A DNA stretch of 64,000 bases from an uncultured Fibrobacteria bacterium (lineage in GTDB: Bacteria; Fibrobacterota; Fibrobacteria; UBA11236). The position numbers and the translations under genes are program-made. The first letter of the stretch is position 1; each line of letters starts with the position of its first letter. Where the stretch lies: contig OY970309.1 of NCBI GenBank assembly GCA_963716395.1, positions 1,408,001-1,472,000 of the forward strand, read 5' to 3'. Positions 19,829 to 27,865 of the stretch are shown piece by piece. The notes beneath the pieces are model-generated. The model saw only the letters and a program-made list of their open reading frames with translations, searched no databases and was not told the DNA's origin.

Positions 19829-19904
19829 GGGGCCATAGCTCAGTTGGTAGAGCGCCTGCTTTGCACGCAGGAGGCCAGGAGTTCGACTCTCCTTGGCTCC
19901 ACCA
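19829..19904 (+). tRNA. tRNA-Ala(UGC)
   Basis: GGGGCCA acceptor stem, D-arm TAGCTCAGTTGGTAGAGC, anticodon loop TTTGCAC, GTTCGAC T-loop and a 3' CCA; 76 nt. Confidence 0.97.
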
Positions 19905-19973
19905 TTTCCAAATCGATCCGGAACCGCGGCCAAAAAAACAAACGAACCTTTCGGGCAGAAAGAGGACGAGGGA

Positions 19974-20396
19974 TTAAGATTCCCAGGGATTCAGGATTTT
20001 CGCGCCCGTCTTCTCGATATCGGCGACATTTCTCGTCACCACGGTAAGGTTGTGGGCGACGGCCGTGGCTCCGATTAATCCGTCCACGGTGGGGATCGCG
20101 ACTCCCTTGGCCTCGGCCTCCCCTTGCATATGGCCCCATGTCTGCGCGATTTCCTCGGTAATCGCCAGGATTCTGCCTCCGAACCGAATACGTAGCTGAG
20201 AATCAAGCCAAGCTTGGAGAGCGGCTTTCCTCTTCATGTCATTGAGTTTGGCGATGCCTTTTTGGATCTCACCCACGGTCAGCACGCTCAGGAAGGTTTG
20301 TTCTTCGTCGCAGTCGACCAACCACTTTGCGACGTTCGGGTCGGGCCTTTTCCGCGACATTTCAGAAACCAGACAGGTGTCCAACAAATACTTCAA
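19974..20396 (-). CDS. vapC: VapC-family PIN-domain toxin
   Basis: YLLDT.LVSE, LSVLTVGEI, DGLIGATA and VVTRNVAD give the PIN acidic motif. Confidence 0.9.
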   Translation of the reverse strand: MKYLLDTCLVSEMSRKRPDPNVAKWLVDCDEEQTFLSVLTVGEIQKGIAKLNDMKRKAALQAWLDSQLRIRFGGRILAITEEIAQTWGHMQGEAEAKGVAIPTVDGLIGATAVAHNLTVVTRNVADIEKTGAKILNPWES

Positions 20397-20632
20397 AGCC
20401 TTATGTCCCGGGGAAAATCCCGGTTCCTTTCCGTGGAAACCCCCCGGAGGGGGGAAGCGCGAAAGAATTCCGCCAAGTTCCCTTTTCGGCCGATCAGGGC
20501 GCGATAATCCTGCATAGAAAGGATCACGGCGGTTTTGTTGCCATGGCGGGTAATTTCCTGGGGTCCATGGCGAATCGCCTGGTCCACGACTTCACTGAAC
20601 TTGTTCTTTGCTTCTTGCATCTGCCAGTGCAT
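20393..20632 (-). CDS. Phd/YefM-family antitoxin
   Basis: WQMQEAKNKFSEVVD.A...GPQ.ITRHG. ATGA-coupled to vapC. Confidence 0.9.
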   Translation of the reverse strand: MHWQMQEAKNKFSEVVDQAIRHGPQEITRHGNKTAVILSMQDYRALIGRKGNLAEFFRASPLRGVSTERNRDFPRDIRL

Positions 20633-20646
20633 GACACCCTCGCAGT

Positions 20647-20692
20647 TAGTCTAGACTGTCTAGATTATATTCGATTTTATGGCATCCGGCAA
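20647..20692 (-). promoter_or_regulatory. Sigma-70 promoter of the TA operon with a tandem palindromic operator
   Basis: Minus strand reads TTGCCG(20692-20687)-N17-TATAAT(20669-20664). TCTAGA-ctg-TCTAGA (20650-20664) covers the predicted start site, typical of antitoxin autorepression. Confidence 0.7.
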
Positions 20693-20772
20693 GTTTTCCA
20701 GCTTGGTTTCTGCCTTACCTTCGGACCTGGCGGCTCCTGCGCAAGCGGTTTGCGCCGTGCGCCAAACTCCGG

Positions 20773-20820
20773 TTGACGGCGCCGGATTTCAGTATTACCA
20801 TAAATAAATAAGTAATACTG
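20773..20820 (+). promoter_or_regulatory. Sigma-70 promoter overlapped by NikR-type operator 1
   Basis: TTGACG(20773)-N17-TACCAT(20796). A perfect dyad CAGTATTAC-N13-GTAATACTG spans 20790-20820, and nikR lies 5 kb away. Confidence 0.8.
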
Positions 20821-20906
20821 CCCGTCTCGCCGGCGGGGCGGGCGGCTTACGGATCAAGTGGAATTCGGGGGCTCGCCCATTTTCATTCGGCCCATACTCC
20901 GGCCAC

Positions 20907-20933
20907 TTATGACCAAGTAGTTTTTCGTAATAC
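20907..20933 (+). promoter_or_regulatory. Putative second NikR-type operator
   Basis: TTATGAC-N13-GTAATAC has the same spacing and an identical right half-site to operator 1. Confidence 0.6.
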
Positions 20934-20970
20934 CCAACGGCTTCGAGAAAGCCCGGGCCGGGAGGCCACC

Positions 20971-22029
20971 ATGCACATGTCCGACGCTTTGATTACCCCC
21001 GCCGTGGGCGGCACCTTCTGGGTGGTTTCGGGGTCGCTCATCGCCTATAGTGCCCACAAGGTGAAGGCCGAACGCGAAGAGTCGATGATCCCGCTCATGG
21101 GCGTGCTTAGTGCTTTCGTTTTCGCGGCTCAGATGATCAACTTTTCCATTCCCGGCACCGGGTCGTCGGGTCATTTGATTGGGGCCATGTTGCTGGCCAT
21201 CTTTCTCGGACCGTACCGGGGATTTCTGGCCATCGCCTCGGTGTTGGTGATTCAATGTCTGTTCTTTGCCGACGGCGGGTTGATGGCCTTGGGGGCCAAC
21301 ATTTTCAACATGGGATTCTTCGCCTGTTTTCTGGCCTATCCTTTAATCTGGAAACCTTGGATGGCGCGCGGTTTTTCGCGCGGGCGGTTCACTGCGGCGA
21401 CCACGGTTGCGGCGGTGATCGCCCTGGTGCTGGGCGCCCTGGGCGTGGTGGTCGAAACCGTGACCTCGGGAATTTCCGATTTGTCTTTCGGCACCTTCGT
21501 CCTGTTCATGGTGCCCATTCACGCCGTGATCGGTTTGGTCGAAGGCGCCGTGACCACCGCGGTTTCGCTGTTCGTCCTGCAGGCGCGTCCCGATTTGATC
21601 CGCCTGGGGAAAGAGGCACCTGCCGGCGGGCCCCGCGGCGTGCGCGTGGGACCCGTCACCGTGGGGTTACTGGTGTCGGCGCTGGCCGTGGGCGGCTTCG
21701 TGTCGTGGTTTGCCTCGATGCGGCCCGAAGGGTTGGAATGGTCGCTCATCCAGACCACCGGGCACATGCCACAGGCCGAGACCAAGGGCGTCAAGGGTTT
21801 CCTCGACCGTTTGCAGCATCGCCTCGCGCCTTTGCCCGAATATGATTTTCGCGGCGCGCCCAAAGCCACGGTGAACAACCCGCCCAGCAAAACCGGCACC
21901 TCGCTTTCGGGCCTGCTGGGGGTGGGCCTGGTGTTGGCCCTGGCCGCGGGGCTGGGATTTCTCATGCGCCGCCTGGGCCTGAAACGCGAAGCCCGGAACG
22001 CGGCCTCGCCTCCGGAGCCCAGCGGTTGA
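20971..22029 (+). CDS. ECF Ni/Co transporter substrate component CbiM/NikM fused to a NikN/PDGLE domain
   Basis: The N-terminus MHMSDA provides the metal-binding M-H. It also has FAAQMINF, GSSGHL.G, FADGGL.ALGAN.FNMG and a C-terminal FAS..PEGLEW...PLPEY. Confidence 0.9.
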   Translation: MHMSDALITPAVGGTFWVVSGSLIAYSAHKVKAEREESMIPLMGVLSAFVFAAQMINFSIPGTGSSGHLIGAMLLAIFLGPYRGFLAIASVLVIQCLFFADGGLMALGANIFNMGFFACFLAYPLIWKPWMARGFSRGRFTAATTVAAVIALVLGALGVVVETVTSGISDLSFGTFVLFMVPIHAVIGLVEGAVTTAVSLFVLQARPDLIRLGKEAPAGGPRGVRVGPVTVGLLVSALAVGGFVSWFASMRPEGLEWSLIQTTGHMPQAETKGVKGFLDRLQHRLAPLPEYDFRGAPKATVNNPPSKTGTSLSGLLGVGLVLALAAGLGFLMRRLGLKREARNAASPPEPSG

Positions 22030-22772
22030 AGCGGCTCACCGAAGTCCGCCGCCTGTCGAAAAGCGAAGTCCGGCGGCGGGTCGATCTGGACTCGCGGGCC
22101 TTGATCGTGGCGGTTCTCCTGTACATTCTCTGCGTCGTCAGCGTGGGCAAATATTCGGTGGAACGCGTGCTGATCTATTTCGCCTTTCCCTTGTTTACCG
22201 TTCTGGCCCTGGGTCTTCCCCTGCGGCCCATCGTGCGGAAATTGATCTTCGTTTCTCCCTTCGTTCTCCTCATCGGCGCCTTCAATCCCCTGCTCGAACC
22301 GCGGCCCCTTCTCCAGATATTTTCCGTTTCCATGTCGGCCGGCATGGCCTCTTTCATTGTGATCGGCTGCAAAGCCGTGCTTTCGGTGGTCGCCGTGGCC
22401 GTGCTCAGCGAGTTGCTGCCGTTTGAGGAAATCGGCGCGGGCCTGCAAAGGCTCAAAGTGCCCGAGGCCTTCGTCGTGCAACTGCTCTTTGTATATCGTT
22501 ATTTGTTTCTGTTGGTGGAGGAAGCGCAAGCCATGCAAAAGGCCCGCGATTTGAAGTCGTTCGGCCGCCGGGGATTGGGTTTGCGTTCGACCGCGTCGCT
22601 GCTGGGCAATCTTTTTTTGCGTACATTGGATCGCAGTCTGCGCATCCACCGTTGCATGGTGTCGCGCGGCTTCAGCGGTTCTTTTCCCATCGCGCCCATC
22701 CGGCCTTTTGGATGGAAAGATTCGGCCTTTCTCGGCGCAGTGGTTTTACTCTTGGCCGGCGTAAAACTCTGA
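22026..22772 (+). CDS. ECF transporter T component (CbiQ/NikQ)
   Basis: Hydrophobic, with L..L.VP, YRYLF.L.EE...M..AR and DRS.RI...M.SRGF. Confidence 0.88.
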   Translation: MKRLTEVRRLSKSEVRRRVDLDSRALIVAVLLYILCVVSVGKYSVERVLIYFAFPLFTVLALGLPLRPIVRKLIFVSPFVLLIGAFNPLLEPRPLLQIFSVSMSAGMASFIVIGCKAVLSVVAVAVLSELLPFEEIGAGLQRLKVPEAFVVQLLFVYRYLFLLVEEAQAMQKARDLKSFGRRGLGLRSTASLLGNLFLRTLDRSLRIHRCMVSRGFSGSFPIAPIRPFGWKDSAFLGAVVLLLAGVKL

Positions 22773-22789
22773 AGGCATCGAAAACCGGC

Positions 22790-23557
22790 ATGAGTCATCA
22801 CCTCGTCATCGCCGAAAAGCTTTGCTACCGGTACTCCGACGGCACCCAGGCTTTGCAGGATGTGGATTTCACCATCCACCACGGTGAATCGGTGGGCGTG
22901 ATCGGCGCCAACGGGGCCGGCAAGTCGACCCTCATCAACCATTTGAACGGATTTTTCCTTCCCACCTCGGGGCGGGTGGTCATCGGCGACACGCCGGTCG
23001 ATCGGCATTCGCGCCGGGAAATCCGCAAGCGCGTGGGGGTGGTGTTCCAGAACCCCGACGATCAATTGTTTCTTTCCCGCGTCTGCGACGACGTGGCCTT
23101 TGGCCCGCGCAATCTCGGCCTGCCCGAAGAGGTGGTGGAACGGCGCGTGCGCACCGCGCTGGAATTGCTGCGCGCCTGGGAGTTGCGCGACCGGCCTTCG
23201 CATAACCTCTCCGACGGACAAAAACGGGCCGTGGCCATTGCGGGCGTGCTGGCCATGGAGCCCGATGTGCTGGTCATGGACGAGCCGACTTCAACCTTGG
23301 ACCCGGGCAATCGCCGCAAAATCATCAACTTTCTCCGGGATTTCGGGCATACCCGCATTCTCGTGTCGCATGATCTCGATTTCATCTGGGAGGTCTGCGA
23401 TCGCGTCCTGATTTTGAGCGACGGCAAACTGGCCGCCGAAGGCGAGGCCCGCACGCTGCTTTCCGACGCGGCCTTGCTGGAAGCCTGCGGATTGGAATTG
23501 CCGCTGCGCCTGCAAGGGGATCCGCGTCACGCCCCGGCGGAATCGCGGCGCGGCTGA
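22790..23557 (+). CDS. ECF transporter ATPase (CbiO/NikO)
   Basis: GANGAGKST, VFQNPDDQLF, DVAFGP.N and MDEPT. The signature motif is the variant LSDGQ. Confidence 0.9.
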   Translation: MSHHLVIAEKLCYRYSDGTQALQDVDFTIHHGESVGVIGANGAGKSTLINHLNGFFLPTSGRVVIGDTPVDRHSRREIRKRVGVVFQNPDDQLFLSRVCDDVAFGPRNLGLPEEVVERRVRTALELLRAWELRDRPSHNLSDGQKRAVAIAGVLAMEPDVLVMDEPTSTLDPGNRRKIINFLRDFGHTRILVSHDLDFIWEVCDRVLILSDGKLAAEGEARTLLSDAALLEACGLELPLRLQGDPRHAPAESRRG

Positions 23558-23565
23558 GGAGAACA

Positions 23566-25278
23566 ATGCGTCTAGCGTACCGTTTGGGAATTCTGGCTTG
23601 GGCGGCCGGCGCATTGCCGGCCGGCGCGCACACTTTTCCCGTCAGCGATATCGATCATGTCAGCGAAATCCGCATCGACCGCGACAGCATCACCATCGCC
23701 TACGGCATCTCGATCTCCGAGTTGGAGGCCCTGCGCGGAATTTTCGACATGAACCGGGGCCGCGACTACGCCATCAGCAACACCGAGTGCTACGAGTATT
23801 TCAGCAGCCTTTCCTACGACATCGCCCGCGGCGTGCGCTTTTTCTGGGATGGCCGTCTCCTGCAAGTGGAAAACCCGCGCCGTTTCGAATTGCGCAAACC
23901 CTACGGCATGACCTACCACTATGTGGCCCATCTCGATTCGGTCACAAGCGGATTGCACCAATTTCTGTTCCTCGACACCAACGATCAGCACACTCCGGGC
24001 AAAGACACCATTCGCGTCGCAGCCGGGCCGGGGGTGCAGTTGCGGCGCGCGCAGACAGAGCGGCGCCGCGCCCAGGCCTGGGTGGCCGTGGGCGACGTGC
24101 CGGACACGGGCTTGCCCGCCGAAGTGCCCAAGCAGGTGTGGAATGAGAATGGAAATGTCGCCACGACGGCTTCCACGACAGACAAGGTGACGACCGACAC
24201 CGCGGCGGCCAAAGACAATTTGATGCCCTGGTTTTCGGGCGCCGGAGCCAATCAGGGCAATACCTATCAAAGGGTGAAGGGTAAAATCGAGGCGGCGCTG
24301 CAAGGGAAACTTTCGTGGTTCATCGTGTTGACCACGCTTTTCCTGGCCTTTATCGTGGGGGCTTTGCACGCCCTGCAACCCGGGCACGGCAAAACCCTGG
24401 TGGCCGCCTATCTGGTGGGCTCAAAGGGAACGATTTGGCATGCCGTACTGCTCGGCGCCATCGTCACCTTTACCCATACTTTCAGCGTTTTTATCCTGGG
24501 CCTGGCCGCGCTGTACCTCTCGGCCTATGTTCTGCCCGACACCTTGAATTTCTGGTTGAGCATGGTTTCCGGCGCCGTGGTATGGGGTATGGGCATGTGG
24601 CTTTTTCTGCGCGGCTACCGGCGTTGGGTCTTGCACCGTGAAGGCAAAATCGACATCATGGACCATGGGCACACCCATATGTTCGGAGGAGGCCACGGCC
24701 ATGCGCATGGGGGACATGATCACGATCACCCGCATCACCATGAACAGGATCACCACGATCACGATCATGACCAAGGGCATGATGCCGAACCGGATTTGGG
24801 CCAAGAATATTCCGTGATTTCCAAAGCTTCCGGCGCCGCGCACTTTCGTTTCGGCCCCGGCAGGCAACCCCATGAACACGAACCCGAAAGCTCGCATGCG
24901 CATGCTTTGGAACACGGTCATTCCCATGTGCCCAAGCGCAAGGAAGAAGTCACGCTTTGGAGCCTGTTCACCTTGGGCGTAGTGGGCGGCCTGGCGCCTT
25001 GCGTCGACGCCATCGTGCTGCTGCTTATCGCCGTGGCCCTGCACCGCATCGCCTTGGGGCTGCTCATCATCCTGGTGTTCAGCCTGGGCATCGCCACGGT
25101 GCTGGTGTCGGTGGGCATTCTCATGGTCAAGGCCAAGGGCCTGGTCGACCGCCTGGATCGCGGCCGCAACATGCTGGCTTGGCTGCCGATGGTGAGTGCC
25201 GGCATCGTCACCGTGATTGGAATCACGATGATTATCAAATCTCTTACCGCGATCGGCTGGATCCGGTTCGGATCTTAG
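23566..25278 (+). CDS. RcnA/NiCoT-like Ni/Co transporter with an N-terminal extracytoplasmic domain and His-rich loop
   Basis: Signal peptide ending AGA-H, GALHALQPGHGKTLVAAYL, VTFTHT, a long His/Asp loop and GGLAPC.DA. Confidence 0.8.
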   Translation: MRLAYRLGILAWAAGALPAGAHTFPVSDIDHVSEIRIDRDSITIAYGISISELEALRGIFDMNRGRDYAISNTECYEYFSSLSYDIARGVRFFWDGRLLQVENPRRFELRKPYGMTYHYVAHLDSVTSGLHQFLFLDTNDQHTPGKDTIRVAAGPGVQLRRAQTERRRAQAWVAVGDVPDTGLPAEVPKQVWNENGNVATTASTTDKVTTDTAAAKDNLMPWFSGAGANQGNTYQRVKGKIEAALQGKLSWFIVLTTLFLAFIVGALHALQPGHGKTLVAAYLVGSKGTIWHAVLLGAIVTFTHTFSVFILGLAALYLSAYVLPDTLNFWLSMVSGAVVWGMGMWLFLRGYRRWVLHREGKIDIMDHGHTHMFGGGHGHAHGGHDHDHPHHHEQDHHDHDHDQGHDAEPDLGQEYSVISKASGAAHFRFGPGRQPHEHEPESSHAHALEHGHSHVPKRKEEVTLWSLFTLGVVGGLAPCVDAIVLLLIAVALHRIALGLLIILVFSLGIATVLVSVGILMVKAKGLVDRLDRGRNMLAWLPMVSAGIVTVIGITMIIKSLTAIGWIRFGS

Positions 25279-25580
25279 GCACCGTCTTTCCGCTTTTTCC
25301 CGCGCCGGCGCGCCTCCGGGTGGGCGTGATCATGCGCGGTGCGCTCATGGCCCGCATGAAAATGCTCGTGCTCCCCGTGCTCTCCGGCATGCCGGTGATC
25401 CGAACCGGCGCTCTGCACCCGCTTGCCGGCATGCGTATGGGTGTGATCGTGGGCATGGGAATGCCGGTGCGTATGCGCGTGGGTGTGTTTTTTCCCCTCA
25501 TGCACATGGGTGTGGGAATGCGCATGGGCGTGCCCATGTTCGTGTTCGTGGCTGTGTTCGTGGAGCGGGGCGCCGTTCAC
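25275..25580 (-). CDS. 101-aa histidine-rich (HX)n protein, putative nickel storage/chaperone
   Basis: The GTG start overlaps the nikR TGA (GTGA), with a GAGGA RBS upstream. 31 of 101 residues are His, in alternating runs. Confidence 0.75.
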   Translation of the reverse strand: MNGAPLHEHSHEHEHGHAHAHSHTHVHEGKKHTHAHTHRHSHAHDHTHTHAGKRVQSAGSDHRHAGEHGEHEHFHAGHERTAHDHAHPEARRRGKKRKDGA

Positions 25581-26011
25581 GGCTTTTCCTCGATTTGGGC
25601 GGTGCGCACCAGTTTGGAAAATTTGACCCCGCGCAATCCGCCGATCTCGACAGCGATGCGTTCGATGTCGGCCGGCGAACCCTGGATGAAAATGGTTTCC
25701 AGACAATTGTGGTGATCGAGATGCACATGGGTGCTGCACAACACGTTCAGGTTTTTCTGATGCTGGGCTTCGGTGAGCTGGTAGCCAAGATTGCGTTGAT
25801 GGTGGTCGTAAATCAGGGTCAACACGCCCACCACCTTGGCGCCCTGCGCGTTCCATTTGGTGGCGATCATCTGTTCGCGAATCAGGTCGCGCACGAATTC
25901 CGAACGCGAGGAATAGCCTTTTTCCGTGGTGCGTGAATCGAGTTCGTCCAACAGCGATTGGGGCAAGGAAATGGAAAACCGGATGACCGGGTCGGGTTTG
26001 CGGGATTTCAC
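25577..26011 (-). CDS. nikR: Nickel-responsive transcriptional regulator
   Basis: Ribbon-helix-helix RFSISL...GYSSRSE.VRDLIR, plus the Ni site YDHH...[11 protein letters not shown]. Confidence 0.95.
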   Translation of the reverse strand: MKSRKPDPVIRFSISLPQSLLDELDSRTTEKGYSSRSEFVRDLIREQMIATKWNAQGAKVVGVLTLIYDHHQRNLGYQLTEAQHQKNLNVLCSTHVHLDHHNCLETIFIQGSPADIERIAVEIGGLRGVKFSKLVRTAQIEEKP

Positions 26012-26316
26012 GGGATATCCTTTCCGGGATGTAACAAAGTAATGAATCGCCTTTTCCCTTCGCGAGGCCCCTGACGTCGATTTTCCGGCTTTCGCCCCGG
26101 TTTGGCTGCCGGCACGCGCGTTTTCGCGTCTTCCGAGCCCGGCCGCAGTGCGCGTGCTCCAAGCCGGCGACGAAACCTAGGACTTGTTCCCGGGCTTCAC
26201 AATTCCAGGCAATGTTTCATTTTCTGTTACAACAACTTTTCGGGGAATAGCAAACAAAATGAAGTAAGAAATCGTCCCGAAGTAGCCACAGTAAGGGATT
26301 AGAGAATTTTAACTAC

Positions 26317-26345
26317 TTGACATTATAATTAAATCAAACTATAAT
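26317..26345 (+). promoter_or_regulatory. Perfect-consensus sigma-70 promoter
   Basis: TTGACA(26317-26322)-N17-TATAAT(26340-26345) in an AT-rich tract. Confidence 0.8.
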
Positions 26346-26403
26346 TTTAGATAGTAAAGTCAAAAGCTCCTCGTATTTCATCCCATAGAAAAGGCCTGAT
26401 ACT

Positions 26404-26622
26404 TTGATTGCGCAGCATTATATCCGTCGACAACAACTGGAAGATCTGTTTCAAAAGAAAAGCGAAGCCCCCATGGCGCCGGAACGAAAAAGGATTCCCC
26501 GCCGACCCTGCGGGCATGAAACCTGGTTTCCCACCTTGGAAAAGTGCCCGTATTGCGGCAGCACCGCCAAGGTGGTGACAGGTGTCATCGCCAAGCCCTT
26601 GATTCAAAACGGCCACTATTAA
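26404..26622 (+). CDS. Small putative zinc-ribbon protein
   Basis: PCGH-x8-KCPYCG, directly downstream of the consensus promoter. The start is uncertain (TTG 26404 or ATG 26473). Confidence 0.5.
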   Translation: MIAQHYIRRQQLEDLFQKKSEAPMAPERKRIPRRPCGHETWFPTLEKCPYCGSTAKVVTGVIAKPLIQNGHY

Positions 26623-26789
26623 AAAGCAAAGGCTTCACGGCCCGCTTTCAAGTGAATACCCCGGTTCGGGTTGTTCGGCCACAACAATCGGCTTGAAAGA
26701 CAATTCAATACTTGTGACGCGCGGGCGCGTCACCGCGTTGACCCGAGGCCAATGTGAGGGTCACGGGTGCCGGGATAGGCAATGCGGAT

Positions 26790-27839
26790 TCAGGGGCGGA
26801 TAATAACCTTCAGCGATTTCGCCCGGTTGTCAGCCTGCACGGCCACGGCTTCGATGAATTGCTTTAAAGGAAAACGATGGGTGATGAGGGCCTTGCCGTC
26901 GATTTTTCCGGATGCGAGAAAACCCAGCGCTTCTTCATAGTCCCGTCTTACGGAACTGTTGGCCCCGTGCAAATGCAATTCGCGGTAGTGGATGAGGTTG
27001 AGGTCGAGCGGCAAGACGCAATCCTGTTTGGGCATTCCCGCGAACAGCGACATGTGGCCGTTACGGGCCAGCCAAGGCAGGGCGCGGCCGACCACGGTTT
27101 TCTCCGAGGCGGAAAGAATGACGCCGTCCAAACCCCGTCCCCGCGTCTCCCGTTGAATCCATTCTTCGGGATTGGTTTTGCCCATGTCCACGAGATCGTC
27201 GAAAGGCAGGCCGAGCTGGGCGATCAAATCGAGTTTGCCGGCGGAGCGGTTGAAAATGGTCACGCGTTTGGCTCCGCGCGCGCGGGCCACCAGACCGTTG
27301 AGCACGCCGATGACGCCCGCGCCCACTACGCCCACGTGGTCCATGCCTTCCAGCGGCAGGTAACGCAACCCGTTGATGGCGCAACTCAAGGGTTCGAGTA
27401 AGGTGCCGAGATCGGCATCGATGCCGGCGGGCAAGGCGATCAAACAACCTTGCTTCACGGCTTGGGCGGGAATGACGATGGATTCGGCGAAGCCCCCGTT
27501 ATAGGCGTAGCCGATGGCGGTGAAACCGTTCTCGCACAGGTTTTCTCGGTGCTGGGCGCACATGGGGCAGTGGCCGCAGCCGATGACGGTTTGCACCGCA
27601 TAGCGATTGCCGGGGCGCACCGAAGGGTCTACTCCCTGCCCCACCGCGGTGACCGTGCCGGCGATTTCATGCCCGATAATGGGCACGCTCACGGGTTTTT
27701 CGCCCGCCAGCACGCGCTTGTCGGTGCCGCACAGGGCGCAGGCGTCGACTTTGAGAAGCACCTCTCCGGGTTGAAGCGGCGGCACCTCCACGTTTTCCAC
27801 GGCAAGGTGTCCGGGGGATTTCAATAAAGCGGCCAGCAT
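26790..27839 (-). CDS. Zinc-dependent MDR dehydrogenase (polyol dehydrogenase / sorbose-1-P reductase-like)
   Basis: CGTD, GHE.AG, structural Zn site CGHCPMC-x7-C, EPLSC and GAGVIG. Confidence 0.85.
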   Translation of the reverse strand: MLAALLKSPGHLAVENVEVPPLQPGEVLLKVDACALCGTDKRVLAGEKPVSVPIIGHEIAGTVTAVGQGVDPSVRPGNRYAVQTVIGCGHCPMCAQHRENLCENGFTAIGYAYNGGFAESIVIPAQAVKQGCLIALPAGIDADLGTLLEPLSCAINGLRYLPLEGMDHVGVVGAGVIGVLNGLVARARGAKRVTIFNRSAGKLDLIAQLGLPFDDLVDMGKTNPEEWIQRETRGRGLDGVILSASEKTVVGRALPWLARNGHMSLFAGMPKQDCVLPLDLNLIHYRELHLHGANSSVRRDYEEALGFLASGKIDGKALITHRFPLKQFIEAVAVQADNRAKSLKVIIRP

Positions 27840-27865
27840 AGTTGCGTTTCCCTGGGTTGAAGAGA

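Noticed and set aside
20821-20970. Cobalamin or NiCo riboswitch ahead of cbiM/nikM
   Set aside because: No B12-box or recognisable four-way-junction consensus. The NikR-type dyads explain the regulation better.
25244-25715. Alternative-frame ORFs over the His-rich gene (Met/Pro/Thr-rich 25244-25537 minus; Met/Val-rich 24957-25715 plus)
   Set aside because: These are shadows of the CAY-NNN codon periodicity. Only the His frame has a coupled start and RBS.
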